Below are positions 1 through 10,386 of a stretch of DNA of 64,000 nt, in pieces. Origin of the DNA: an uncultured Pseudobdellovibrionaceae bacterium (lineage in GTDB: Bacteria > Bdellovibrionota > Bdellovibrionia > Bdellovibrionales > UBA1609); the NCBI GenBank assembly GCA_963803705.1, contig CAWDNU010000004.1, positions 399,943-463,942 of the forward strand, given 5' to 3'. Both the position numbers and the translations under genes were made by a program. The notes beneath the pieces are model-generated. The model did no database searches. It had not been told where the DNA came from and was given only the letters and a program-made list of their open reading frames with translations. Numbering within the stretch: position 1 is the stretch's first letter; each line of letters opens with the position of its first letter.

Positions 1-1257
1 GTCTTTACCCACTGGCGATTCATGAGCCACTAGGTCGAATTCCCCTAAAGTTGCAAATATGTGATCAAAAATATCTGACTGAATATTTTCATATTCACTC
101 CATTTAGTTGTGTTGGTAAATACATAAATTTCTATTGGTAGTCCCTGGGCAGAAGGCGCTAGCTGGCGGACCAGCAATGTCATTTCCTGCTGGATTTGGG
201 GATGATTTTTTAAGTATGACACTAGATACTTTCTGAAAGTTCCAATATTTGTAAGTCTCCTACCATTTATAGCGATGGACATATCGACCTTTGACTCTTG
301 ATTGTATCGTTCAATAGCTTGTTTTGTTTCGGCTAAGTAAGAACCTAACAAGTTATTTTTGCCTAATCGATTGATGTCATCTTCTGTTAAAAATCTAACA
401 CTTGCAGTGTTTATCAACAGGCTTCTTTTGATTCTTCGTCCACCAGAATCAGACATGCCCCGCCAGTTCTTAAAAGAATCTGAAATTAGTGCGTAGGTGG
501 GAATAGTTGTGATCGTCTTATCAAAATTTTGCACTTTTACCGTGGTCAGGCAGATATCAATCACATCGCCATCTGCATTGTACTTTGGCATCTCTAACCA
601 GTCCCCTATTTTTAACATATTGTTTACAGAAAGTTGTATGCCTGCAACTAATCCTAAAATTGGATCTTTAAAAACTAGCATCACAACGGCTGACAAAGCA
701 CCGACCCCAGACAAAAGAATAACCGGCGACTTACCTAGTAGAATTGCGATACCTATTAAGCCGCCCAGTAAACTAACCACAAGCTTAATAGTCTGTAAGA
801 CGCCGCGTAGTGGAATATGAAGTTTGCGAATCCGCTGGCTCATCATACTTTCAAAAGCATCAAGGAATGAAAATATGGCCATCAGCCCATAGAACAAAAT
901 AAATAAGTCAGATAGCAGAATTATTGCTCGGTGGGTAAGAGAGGTTTCTGCAAACCAAGCATTAGACTGTATCTGAACAATTACACTTTGAATCATAAAC
1001 ACTAGCTCATGGAAAAAGCGGTTCGCATTTAGTGCATTTAACCAAGTGCCATCACTATCAACCAGCTGAAATTTAGCGATAATTCGAAGTACGATGTGAT
1101 GTAAAACCACATGCAGAACTAAGGCCGTAATTGCTATCCACAGTAAAACAAATCCATGAAAAAGCAGCTCTGAGTAGCCGGGTAAATATACGGAAAGCCA
1201 TTCCAGAATGTACTCGCGGACTTGAGCTCTAAAACTGTCTATGGGCATATCATTCAT
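1..1257 (-). CDS. MscS-family mechanosensitive ion channel. The N-terminus is complete and the C-terminus is cut by the window edge. It is absent from the supplied ORF track because the frame is open at nt 1.
   Basis: I translated the minus strand from the ATG at 1255-1257: MNDMPIDSFRAQVREYILEWL... Several hydrophobic helices follow. Then comes ...VVMLVFKDPILGLVAGIQLSVNNMLKIGDWLEMPKYNADGDVIDICLTTVKVQNFDKTITTIPTYALISDSFKNW..., the pore-helix/beta-domain pattern of MscS/YbdG-like channels. The frame stays open to nt 1. Confidence 0.8.
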   Translation of the reverse strand, partial: MNDMPIDSFRAQVREYILEWLSVYLPGYSELLFHGFVLLWIAITALVLHVVLHHIVLRIIAKFQLVDSDGTWLNALNANRFFHELVFMIQSVIVQIQSNAWFAETSLTHRAIILLSDLFILFYGLMAIFSFLDAFESMMSQRIRKLHIPLRGVLQTIKLVVSLLGGLIGIAILLGKSPVILLSGVGALSAVVMLVFKDPILGLVAGIQLSVNNMLKIGDWLEMPKYNADGDVIDICLTTVKVQNFDKTITTIPTYALISDSFKNWRGMSDSGGRRIKRSLLINTASVRFLTEDDINRLGKNNLLGSYLAETKQAIERYNQESKVDMSIAINGRRLTNIGTFRKYLVSYLKNHPQIQQEMTLLVRQLAPSAQGLPIEIYVFTNTTKWSEYENIQSDIFDHIFATLGEFDLVAHESPVGKD

Positions 1258-1289
1258 AAAAATCTTCTTTTGGTAAAAGTTATTTTAAA

Positions 1290-2339
1290 TTAAACCCATA
1301 ATTTCCATTTAAGGTTTTGACCTGCTAAGAATGGGATGAGGATCTCGCCGCTAGCTAATTTAATTTGCTCGGGGACTTTCCAACTTTCTTTAACTAAAGT
1401 TATCGATCCTTCGTTTCTTGGCAGGCCGTAAAAATCAGCACCAAAGTGACTTGCGAAATTTTCAAGCTTATCTAATGCATCTAAGTCTTCAAAAATCTGC
1501 GTGTATAGCTCTATGGCAACCGGCGCAGAGTAACATCCAGCGCAGCCACAAGCTGACTCTTTTTGGTGCTTTTCGTGAGGCGCCGAGTCAGTTCCTAAAA
1601 AAAACTTTTTGGACCCTGTTCGAACAATATCTTGCAGTGCCAATTGGTGGGTACTTCTTTTTAGTATTGGCAGACAGTAATTATGTGGCTTAATGCCACC
1701 AACTAAAAGATCGTTACGGTTAAGCAGCAAATGCTGGGGGGTAATTGTGGCAGCTACATTATCTGAAGCCGATCGTACAAATTCAACAGCTTGCCGGGTA
1801 GTAATATGTTCGAAAACAATTTTTAATTTAGGATAAGCTTCCACAATCTTTAACAAATGCTTTTCAATAAAAACGGCCTCTCGGTCAAAAATATCTACCT
1901 TAAGATCGTTCACTTCACCGTGTACTAATAGTAGCATACCTAAACTAGCCATTTCTTCAAAAATTGGAAAGAGCGCCTGCACACTGTCAACAGCGCTTGC
2001 TGAATTTGTTGTGACACCAGCAGGATAAAGCTTAGCCGCTAGTATTCCACTTGAAAATGCCTCTTTGATATCTTCTATCGAGGTTTCATCTGTTAAAAAC
2101 ATCGTCATAACGGGTTTAAACTGTTTACCCTCAGGAATTTCAGCCAAAATCTGTCTTTGGTATTCTAAAATTGCTGCAGGTTTAGTCAGGGGTGGGATCA
2201 AGTTTGGCATGGCTACTGCTCTGGCGAAACATCTGGATGTGGCCTCTAAGGACTCTTTTAAAATTACACCACTTCTAAAGTGTGCGTGCCAATCATCCGG
2301 GGTTCTAATAGTTAATTTTTGCATAAAGCAAATTAACAT
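1290..2339 (-). CDS. pyrC: Dihydroorotase (homodimeric class II type)
   Basis: LTIRTPDDWHAHFRSG matches the N-terminal metal-binding DDWH-x-H motif of E. coli-type PyrC. The length is 349 aa, and the HGE, FEHITT and GTDSAPH motifs are present. Confidence 0.9.
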   Translation of the reverse strand: MLICFMQKLTIRTPDDWHAHFRSGVILKESLEATSRCFARAVAMPNLIPPLTKPAAILEYQRQILAEIPEGKQFKPVMTMFLTDETSIEDIKEAFSSGILAAKLYPAGVTTNSASAVDSVQALFPIFEEMASLGMLLLVHGEVNDLKVDIFDREAVFIEKHLLKIVEAYPKLKIVFEHITTRQAVEFVRSASDNVAATITPQHLLLNRNDLLVGGIKPHNYCLPILKRSTHQLALQDIVRTGSKKFFLGTDSAPHEKHQKESACGCAGCYSAPVAIELYTQIFEDLDALDKLENFASHFGADFYGLPRNEGSITLVKESWKVPEQIKLASGEILIPFLAGQNLKWKLWV

Positions 2340-2448
2340 GAAGATGATTTTAAAACAGCTAGGAACTTAAAAATTTCAAGTGATTTACAGGTCACAGCAT
2401 ATTCACTCTGGCTAATTAAGCTACCACTTAGATCGGTCAGTCATAAAT

Positions 2449-3645
2449 ATGTCCGAAGCCTTAAGTAAACACTTGAACTTGTCTTGGATTTATAGGCACT
2501 TGATCACAATGGATTTAAAACATATCAACAAAATCATTATAAATGTTTGCCTTTTTGTTGCCTCACATGCAATGGCCGATGAAACCAATTCTGACTTTGT
2601 TCAAAAACTGTGGCCACCATCAGAATCAAGTCTTATCCAAAAATATATGCTAAATAGGTTTTATGAAGGTGAAGCGGGTTTAAATAACTATTACGCTAAG
2701 TTTCATAAACCAGATAACTGTATAAATAGTCCACTAATCATTATCACCGGAGCTGACGACCCGGTACCTGCATGGTTCGATACGGCCTTAAATGCTATGA
2801 AGCTAGGTTTCAAAAGTATTTATATTATTGAAATACGTGGACAAGGTCAGTCCCAAAGGGTTGCGGGAAACGAGGCTAAGCTTCTACATGTCGAAAAATT
2901 CGATAATTATAAACTTGATTTGATTTCAGCACTTCGAAGTATAGAAGATTTAGATGGTTTTCTAGATCCTGTTTATGTCATTTCACATTCGACTGGTTCC
3001 TTAGTCTTAGCAAATGCCTTTAAGGACATCAAACGACAACTTCCAAGTTTAAAAATAAAATCAATGAGTTTTTGGGCTCCTTTAATAAAAATGAACTTAC
3101 AGCCCTGGGTCAGCAACCCTTTTGTTCACTCAGCCATTTCCACATTCGAAAAAATTTATTCTTCTTGTTGTGGACTTTTCGTTGCTCAAAAAATCCCTAA
3201 TGTTCCATTCTCAGAAAATAAGCTAACCAGTGACGAAGGTAAATATAAACGATTACAAAAGCTTAAGAAAAGTTACGGACTAGGGTCAACGGGAGTAAGT
3301 CTTAGGTGGGCCGTGGATGCATTGACCGAAACGCAATTAGTACAAAGCGATCAGATGAAATCTTTGAAAATTCCAATATTAATAATGAAGTCAGAAAAGG
3401 ACTTTATTGTCAGTAACGAATATAACTTTGATAGCGCTAATGTAAAAGTTGAAACCATACCCTTGGCATTTCATTCTATTCACATAGAAAAAGATGAAAT
3501 TTTTGACAAGGTTTTCAAAATAACATTTGATTTCTTTTTGGGTGGAAACAACAAAAAGTGCTCTGAACTAAAAAAACCAATGACTGAATCTGAAGCTAAA
3601 AAGGCTGATGCCGATTCGGTTGATAAGCAGCCCATTTCGCCCTAA
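2449..3645 (+). CDS. Secreted alpha/beta hydrolase (lysophospholipase-like)
   Basis: It has the nucleophile elbow VISHSTGSL (GxSxG type) and the alpha/beta-hydrolase length and pattern. A signal-like segment INVCLFVASHAMA suggests the real start may be the internal Met near 2509. Confidence 0.65.
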   Translation: MSEALSKHLNLSWIYRHLITMDLKHINKIIINVCLFVASHAMADETNSDFVQKLWPPSESSLIQKYMLNRFYEGEAGLNNYYAKFHKPDNCINSPLIIITGADDPVPAWFDTALNAMKLGFKSIYIIEIRGQGQSQRVAGNEAKLLHVEKFDNYKLDLISALRSIEDLDGFLDPVYVISHSTGSLVLANAFKDIKRQLPSLKIKSMSFWAPLIKMNLQPWVSNPFVHSAISTFEKIYSSCCGLFVAQKIPNVPFSENKLTSDEGKYKRLQKLKKSYGLGSTGVSLRWAVDALTETQLVQSDQMKSLKIPILIMKSEKDFIVSNEYNFDSANVKVETIPLAFHSIHIEKDEIFDKVFKITFDFFLGGNNKKCSELKKPMTESEAKKADADSVDKQPISP

Positions 3646-3810
3646 TTTAACTTGAAATTTTAATGTGATTTACAAACTCATTTTTTTTGTTGAAGACAGG
3701 ATCACAACAAAGACCAGGAAAGCATAAGGTGAGCAAAAAAACACGCAGATTTAATTACATGCTCGTTAACACTGGATCGAGGACAACAGACATCAAATCA
3801 AATCTAAAAA

Positions 3811-5799
3811 TCAGAGTTTATAAGAGATTCCTAAAGTAGTTACTAAAATGGACTTTAGTTTTTCACTTAAGTTATCTTGCCCTAAAGATTGCGCTAACCT
3901 GTAAAAACGATAGGTATCAAGCAAACCTTTACCCCATCCGTCAAAGCTTGAACAACCAACACGATCTTCTGAATAAGAGTAAATACTTTCTATGACCTTA
4001 GACTCATATTCAGCCACCTGCGGTTCTTGGTCTTTAGAAGCAGTATAGTTTAAAATATAAACATAAAGCATATACTTTATCACCCCTGCTTGAGCATCTA
4101 GATTTTTGTCGTTAGAGAAAGCTACAAAGTCTGATGCAGATCTTAGTACCTCTTGCTTATAGCTGTCTGTGTATACGCTTTGAGCATCTAAAACCAACTT
4201 TAACTCAGCCTGAATTTTATAAATTTGTAAGTATTCATCTACGCGAGTTGATTCTGCACCTGCAGAAATATAATGATTCTTGACCCAACTAATATCATTT
4301 ACCCTTCCTTCTGCAGCGGATAACTTAAGCAGTGATTCGCAACCACGAGCATCGTTCTTACAGCTGAATTTTAACATCTCTACTGCTTCATTGATCTTTC
4401 CGAAAGAAACATAGGTAATTGCCATCAAATCTAAGTTATGTGAGTAATGCCAATCATAATTCTGTTTAAAATTATATTTTTTGCTCCAGGATTTATGTGT
4501 ACTGGCTGCCAAGTCAAATTGATCTTTGGCCTGCTGCCACTCTTGAAATCTTGGAAGAACGTGTCCTAACATATGCTGAGCATGGGAAGAATCGGTAGCG
4601 ATGGAGGCCATTACTTTTGCGTGATCTAGTGCAAACGGGTAACCTAAACTTTCTTCGTAGTGGTGAGTTAAGTAATGATTTGCCCCTAAGTGATTAGGGT
4701 TGATGATCAGTGCTTGAAGGAAAGGGGCTGGATCAGCTGCTCCTTTGGCCAAGTACTGAGCTAAGGTTAGAACTTCTAAATCGTTAGGCCTTTTTTCATT
4801 TAAATTAGCTAAAGCATCACTTATATCTAGAACATCAGTATCACCGATTAGATTTTGGGCCGTCTTAAATATATATGATTTAATAAATTGATACCAAGCT
4901 AAATCTTTACTCTTCATTCTATCTGGACGCACCTTAGATAATTCTAAATTTGCAAATTTACTACCTGAACGTAAATCAAATTTTATGTAAGCCAGGGCAA
5001 GAAAAGATCTTGCCAGATCGTTATCCGGTTCATCTTTTACAGCCATTCTAAATGCTCTGACTGCGTCGATATAATGAAAGTTATGTAATCGAGCAATTCC
5101 CGCATTGATCGCTTTATCAGTTTGAGTTTCACGACCTAAAAATCCGCTCTTTATATATGAATATTGGCCAAATTTTTCATTTAAATCTAGTGGTGTATCT
5201 AACTTATTTACCGGAACTTTAGATAACTCTGTTATTCCAGCTACGATGTCTTCCAGTGTGTTCTGAGGATCGCCATCCAATAATAATGCTTGTTTAAGAT
5301 CATTAATTTCGTATGATGCAGTCACAAATACGCTGGCTTTATTGGTGATGGGATCGACGGTAATAAAAGTTGGAAACCCACGCAAAGAGATTTTTAGATA
5401 ATCTAAAAGAGTCGACGAGCTTTTGGTCGCATTAGAATCACCAGATAAGCTGACGATAACAAATTTTTTTTCAATCTCGGCTTTAATTTTTGGGTTTGAT
5501 TTTAATGCAGCATCAACCATTTTGCATGGGGGACACCAATCCGCGCCCACTATTAAAAATATTGATCTGTTAGTAGCTTTTGCTACGGCTTCAGCGTGTT
5601 TATAAACTGTCAATTGATTTAGTTCATCTGTGTCGCATTGAGGATAAATTTTTCCACCGCATTTTTTTAAGTAGTCTTGAGTATCAAAAACTAAGTCAGC
5701 TGTAACTTCTAGTTGCCTTGCTGGTCTATCGCCGCTTTGTGCATACGTAGATATTGAGAAAATAGTCGAAAACACAATGGATACAATTAAATGAGTCAT
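3811..5799 (-). CDS. Secreted thioredoxin-fold protein with a long helical-repeat (TPR-like) C-terminal region
   Basis: It has an N-terminal signal peptide (IVFSTIFSISTYAQS) and the thioredoxin active-site motif GADWCPPCK. The remaining ~450 aa are helical-repeat-like. Confidence 0.6.
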   Translation of the reverse strand: MTHLIVSIVFSTIFSISTYAQSGDRPARQLEVTADLVFDTQDYLKKCGGKIYPQCDTDELNQLTVYKHAEAVAKATNRSIFLIVGADWCPPCKMVDAALKSNPKIKAEIEKKFVIVSLSGDSNATKSSSTLLDYLKISLRGFPTFITVDPITNKASVFVTASYEINDLKQALLLDGDPQNTLEDIVAGITELSKVPVNKLDTPLDLNEKFGQYSYIKSGFLGRETQTDKAINAGIARLHNFHYIDAVRAFRMAVKDEPDNDLARSFLALAYIKFDLRSGSKFANLELSKVRPDRMKSKDLAWYQFIKSYIFKTAQNLIGDTDVLDISDALANLNEKRPNDLEVLTLAQYLAKGAADPAPFLQALIINPNHLGANHYLTHHYEESLGYPFALDHAKVMASIATDSSHAQHMLGHVLPRFQEWQQAKDQFDLAASTHKSWSKKYNFKQNYDWHYSHNLDLMAITYVSFGKINEAVEMLKFSCKNDARGCESLLKLSAAEGRVNDISWVKNHYISAGAESTRVDEYLQIYKIQAELKLVLDAQSVYTDSYKQEVLRSASDFVAFSNDKNLDAQAGVIKYMLYVYILNYTASKDQEPQVAEYESKVIESIYSYSEDRVGCSSFDGWGKGLLDTYRFYRLAQSLGQDNLSEKLKSILVTTLGISYKL

Positions 5800-6112
5800 T
5801 AGGTCCTTTTTTTATATATTATTAATGCATTAAAACTCGTAAAATCTAATTACCGCGATCTACCACGCAGCTCAGCTAAATGTCGATATTTAGATCTAGC
5901 ATTAGTTGTGCCAGGTTCTACGCATTAGTATTGACCTTTAAACGGCAGTTACTTGTTAATCTTTTTTACACTAAGGGGTGGTTCTGAATTTATTTCATTT
6001 AGTTGAGTGTTCGGATTGGCGCTAGTTATTATTTGGAGAAAGGCGGGTTTATAGGCCGCGATCTAGGTTTAATCTAACAGATTCGATTTAATTTGTCTTT
6101 TATTAACGCCGT

Positions 6113-7114
6113 TCAAAAATTAAAAGTTAAATTGGTCCTTAAGTAAAAGTCTTCACTTAAGTTTTTTCTAGCAGACTCAATATTGAAAATACTTTCTCCC
6201 TCGTAAACCTTTCTATCAAAACTGTAACCTAAACCAATGCTTGCCTTTAAGGTTTTTGAAAGAAAGCTATTTATACCAAATTCAAGTTTTTTGTCTTCGT
6301 AAAAAAGACGATCTTCTTCTTTTATTCTATTTTCGTGCATAAATGTCTGAACCATATATCTAAATTTTGTGTAAAACATGGCAGGTCCAAAGATTCTCCA
6401 AGCTAAATCGAAACCAGCGCCTGATGGAGTTAGGAATACGCTGTAAACGTAAGATTTAAAATCCATCCACCTAAAGCTTACAAATGGAAAACCCATGGTC
6501 GCAGTAAAATACCTAGTAGGCATGTAAAGATATAAAAATGAAGGCAGCGGAATATTATTGAGAAAAGCTCTGTTGTTAGAGAAATTAGCAAGTATTGACC
6601 ACTGAGATTTAGACTGTCTTTCAAAACTGTAAAGAGCTGTTAGATTTATGGCCGAGTCTTGCTGCCGACCGAAAGGATTATCACTAGCAGATCCGTAATT
6701 CACAATGATGCTAGTGCTCTTACCCTTATCATTAATAAATTTGGTGCCAGAAATTTCAAAAGATTGGTTAGTAAGAAAATTATTTACCAAAGTGTTACTT
6801 TCGCCTATTTCTAAGTCATTTAAGCCAGTGTTTAGACTTTCGATGGCAGCGCTTAAAGTTAAAATATACTTTTTATTTTTTATTATATTTAGGTCTAGGT
6901 CAGCAAACCCTACCCGTTGCCCACCGTTAATCTGCCGAGGAGAGTTTAGCATTAACGTATCAGTAATATAATCAAAGACTAATCTTGCCTTCTTGGTTGG
7001 CGGTGGGCCACCAATTTGGGCAAACAATATATTTGGGCTTAAGAAAAGTATTAAACTTAAAAAAACTATTGTTTTGAGCTGATCCGGAATTAAACTGCAC
7101 TTTAGTCGTATCAT
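6113..7114 (-). CDS. Putative outer-membrane beta-barrel protein (hypothetical)
   Basis: It has a signal-like N-terminus, alternating hydrophobic beta-strand-like segments, and a C-terminal aromatic ending ...NLTFNF typical of OMPs. Confidence 0.45.
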   Translation of the reverse strand: MIRLKCSLIPDQLKTIVFLSLILFLSPNILFAQIGGPPPTKKARLVFDYITDTLMLNSPRQINGGQRVGFADLDLNIIKNKKYILTLSAAIESLNTGLNDLEIGESNTLVNNFLTNQSFEISGTKFINDKGKSTSIIVNYGSASDNPFGRQQDSAINLTALYSFERQSKSQWSILANFSNNRAFLNNIPLPSFLYLYMPTRYFTATMGFPFVSFRWMDFKSYVYSVFLTPSGAGFDLAWRIFGPAMFYTKFRYMVQTFMHENRIKEEDRLFYEDKKLEFGINSFLSKTLKASIGLGYSFDRKVYEGESIFNIESARKNLSEDFYLRTNLTFNF

Positions 7115-7127
7115 TTTTTTGAACAGA

Positions 7128-7733
7128 TCATTTTTTGTAAGAAGAATTAAATACGAATTCGTCTACAGACTTTCTTTCATTAGGATTTTCTTTACTTGCT
7201 AAATCTTCGGGAAGGGACTCTGGTTTACCTTGCTTACCGATAACTATGGCGCAAATAACTTCAAATTGGTCTTCGGGAACCTTGGTGATTTCATAAACTT
7301 TTTCGTTTTCGATACCGCCCATACCGTGACAGCGATAACCTAACTGCTCAGCTTGAAGGTTTAAGGACATCCAAGACGCACCTGTATCAAACTTCGCCCA
7401 CTCATTAATTTTTCCGTTTGCCGAAAACACCTTTCTTGCGAATACGTAGACTAAAAGCGGTGCTCTAAAAGCCCATTTCTGATTTCCAGGTGCCAGTCCT
7501 TGAATAAAGTTAGAATCTTTGCCGACATCTGTTGAATACACAAACATCCAGGGTTGTTCATTGAAACAGGAAGGCGACCACCTGGCGGCTTCAAAAATCG
7601 CCTTGATATGCGCTGCAGGAACTGGTTCGCTTAAAAAAGACCTGGGCGACCATCTATCTATAAAGATGGGGTTTAAAAGCTTTGAATCAGACTGTCTGAT
7701 AAACACCTCCGATTGTGAATTTGAATAAAACAC
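7128..7733 (-). CDS. Nitroreductase family protein (GTG start)
   Basis: The motifs RWSPRSF and AARWSPSCFNEQPW are typical of FMN nitroreductase-fold enzymes. Length is 201 aa. Confidence 0.8.
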   Translation of the reverse strand: MFYSNSQSEVFIRQSDSKLLNPIFIDRWSPRSFLSEPVPAAHIKAIFEAARWSPSCFNEQPWMFVYSTDVGKDSNFIQGLAPGNQKWAFRAPLLVYVFARKVFSANGKINEWAKFDTGASWMSLNLQAEQLGYRCHGMGGIENEKVYEITKVPEDQFEVICAIVIGKQGKPESLPEDLASKENPNERKSVDEFVFNSSYKK

Positions 7734-7999
7734 TTGGGCCTGTTGAAAAAGTATTAGATTCTAGGCGCCCAAGCTTAAAATCGAATGAGTCGTAGTTTAT
7801 CTACGTCGAATGAGATTTAAGCGAAGGCAACAACGAAGATGATGCTTTTTCAACAGGCCCACTTCCTTAAAAGAGTAAGATATGTAAAGGGCTACGGCAA
7901 TACTTCACCTTTATCCCCACTGTGTTAAATTCTAAAAGAAATTGTATCAAACAGAAGATACAATATAAACTGGCACATATTATATTTTAAAAAATAAGC

Positions 8000-8431
8000 A
8001 TGTCTTCACAACTTCTAACCTCTGTAGGCCTAAATATGTTGAAATCATTTATCATCAGTTTTATTTTATTTATAATCTTTGACATTGTATGGTGGGGATT
8101 TTTGGCTAAAAGCTTTTTTAAGGATACCATGGGCCATATAGCTAGAATGAAAGATGGAAGCCCCGACATCTTTTACCCTTCAGGTATTGCTGTTTATTTA
8201 ATAATGAGCGCTGTTCTAACTGTTTTTGTTATTTTGTCTCCTCAATCAAAAACTGAATTCAATGCCGCAATCTATGGAGCTTTCTTAGGGCTTGGCCTAT
8301 TTGCCACATTTGACTTGACCAATCATGCAATTTTGAAAAGCTACCCTATTAAATTTGCATTGGTGGATATCAGTTGGGGGACCTTTATGTGTGCCTGTGT
8401 TTCTTTCATAACATTTAAATTTTGTAGATAA
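8000..8431 (+). CDS. DUF2177-like small integral membrane protein
   Basis: It has four hydrophobic helices. FDIVWWGFL...YGAFLGLGLFATFDLTNHAIL...VDISWGTF resembles the DUF2177 pattern as I remember it. Confidence 0.55.
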   Translation: MSSQLLTSVGLNMLKSFIISFILFIIFDIVWWGFLAKSFFKDTMGHIARMKDGSPDIFYPSGIAVYLIMSAVLTVFVILSPQSKTEFNAAIYGAFLGLGLFATFDLTNHAILKSYPIKFALVDISWGTFMCACVSFITFKFCR

Positions 8432-8504
8432 GCGTTTGTTCGAGAAAGAATTTTGGACAGATTAATGAATTGCTTCAAGTAGAATTAAAACGATACAATA
8501 TAGT

Positions 8505-9356
8505 GTGTTAAAAATATGGATATCTTCATGGCGCTACCTTTGTTTTCTATTTCCAAGATGGATTGCAAAATCTGCTGAAAGTTTTTTTCTTTCGACGTTC
8601 AGAGTTCCGCGGCCTAGCTCTGAACTTGCATTTTATGAGACAGCAAAAAAATACAAGTTGGACTCGGGCCTTCAGGCCTTCGAGTGGGGCGCGGCCTCTG
8701 ATCCACTAGTTGTGCTTTTGCATGGTTGGAACGGGCGTGGAACACAGATGGGGCATTTTGTAGCCCCATTAATTAGTCTTAACTACAGGGTCATAGCTCT
8801 TGATGGGCCTGCTCATGGTGATTCACCTGGTTCTAAAACTGATATTAAACAATTTTCTGGCGCTTTACTAGAAACGCAGAAACAACTTGGCGATTACAAA
8901 GCAATTATATCACACTCTTTTGGCACAGGTTGCTGTGTGCTTTCAACTTCAATGGGTTTGCATGTCCAGAAACTAGTGTTGATAGCCGGACCATCTAAGT
9001 ACGACCGGATGATCCAACTTTTTGTTAAAAGAGTTGGATTAAACAGTCGGTCTAAAAACTATTTTTATAAAAGCCTAAAACAAAGAACAGGTCTTGATCC
9101 GCAAGATATTAACATTGGCTTGATTGGTTCTAAGCTTGATGTAAGTGCTTTGATTGTCCACGACATAAGCGATAAGGCTGTGGACGTGAAAAACGCAAAA
9201 GACTTACACGGCCTATGGCCAAGCACCGAACTAAAGATAACTGAGGGTTTGGGTCACTACCGCATATTGAAAGATCAATCAGTCATCGATGCCGCTGTGG
9301 AATTTATTGATCGGAAAGTGATACTGAAAAAAAAGATTTTATCTTTGGATCTATAG
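8505..9356 (+). CDS. Alpha/beta hydrolase
   Basis: LLHGWNGRG forms an oxyanion/HG-type motif, ISHSFGTG is the GxSxG nucleophile elbow, and a C-terminal GLGHY provides the His. Confidence 0.7.
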   Translation: MLKIWISSWRYLCFLFPRWIAKSAESFFLSTFRVPRPSSELAFYETAKKYKLDSGLQAFEWGAASDPLVVLLHGWNGRGTQMGHFVAPLISLNYRVIALDGPAHGDSPGSKTDIKQFSGALLETQKQLGDYKAIISHSFGTGCCVLSTSMGLHVQKLVLIAGPSKYDRMIQLFVKRVGLNSRSKNYFYKSLKQRTGLDPQDINIGLIGSKLDVSALIVHDISDKAVDVKNAKDLHGLWPSTELKITEGLGHYRILKDQSVIDAAVEFIDRKVILKKKILSLDL

Positions 9357-9516
9357 CTAGCCGGAGTTAATTTACCACTAGTATAGAAAATGGCTTTGTA
9401 TATCTGCCGAGATACTATAGACGAAGAATTGTAAGAGAACAGTACTTTAAAGGCATTGCCATTTCATTTAGGTGGTATTTGGTATGGCAATTGCTAGCCA
9501 TTGGCTAGGAGCTTTT

Positions 9517-10251
9517 ATGAAATTGAACCTAGCAATAATCTTCTTACTATTATTTCAGTTTAGTAGTAGCTCTTACGGAAATTCTTGCGAGAATTTTATT
9601 TCTTCCAAAACTGTAGACAGCGCAGTCGTAGATAATTTAGTTTCACGAAACCTATTGGTAAATCAAAATTCGGTAAGAGGACGTTCAGGTCTATGCGGGA
9701 TTACTTGCGTTTTTAACGCCCTACAAATCCTCTTGGTTCATGATGGGCACTCACCTAGATTGGATCTGCAAGAGCTCTTAATTGAAGGAGCACTGAAATG
9801 GACCCGTCCCACTGGGGGGTTGAGCCAAGATGGCTTAGTTCATATGATCAAAATAGTTAAGAAAACATACTTCCCCTACATGAGCGCCGTAGCGATTAGT
9901 GGTAAGTATACTGGCAATATTACAGAGTCGTTTTACTTCAGAAAAGTCGAACGACTAAACCTTGGGGATCTCAAGCCAAAACCAGGTAGTGTTTTGATGA
10001 TGTCAGTTGCAGGACTAAAAAGCACAGGTGAGATAGGCTACCATATTTTTATAGTGAAGAGTTTTAACGGAAACACCCTAGAGCTTGTCGACCCGAATGC
10101 ACCGGAAATAGACAAAAAAGCATTACTCAGTAGCTACGGCGAATACAGAGGTAGTAGTGTCCCAGTTTTTTCCTTCAGCGGGAAATATAAATATAATAAT
10201 TATGATCGAATTTTTCCATATTCTTTAGTCCAAATGGAAATTCACAACTAG
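9517..10251 (+). CDS. Secreted hypothetical protein, possibly a papain-fold (C39/C70-like) cysteine peptidase
   Basis: The signal peptide MKLNLAIIFLLLFQFSSSSYG begins at the internal Met; the ORF track starts at 9472. A candidate nucleophile sits in GLCGITCVFNALQ and a candidate His/Asp in GYHIFIVKSF...LELVDPN. Confidence 0.4.
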   Translation: MKLNLAIIFLLLFQFSSSSYGNSCENFISSKTVDSAVVDNLVSRNLLVNQNSVRGRSGLCGITCVFNALQILLVHDGHSPRLDLQELLIEGALKWTRPTGGLSQDGLVHMIKIVKKTYFPYMSAVAISGKYTGNITESFYFRKVERLNLGDLKPKPGSVLMMSVAGLKSTGEIGYHIFIVKSFNGNTLELVDPNAPEIDKKALLSSYGEYRGSSVPVFSFSGKYKYNNYDRIFPYSLVQMEIHN

Positions 10252-10386
10252 ATTATCCAAATTGAAAACACGACTCGTCAAAGCATTATTAGTCTACATT
10301 TTTGATCCAGATCATAATAAGCTAACGCTTCTGGCCCAAAGTGTTACCTATGTCAGAGGGCCCTTGCCATGTGATACCCTTTAGCA

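Noticed and set aside
497-820. 107-aa plus-strand ORF from the track
   Set aside because: It lies entirely antisense within the well-supported minus-strand MscS-family gene (1-1257). Its composition is low-complexity and it has no recognisable motif.
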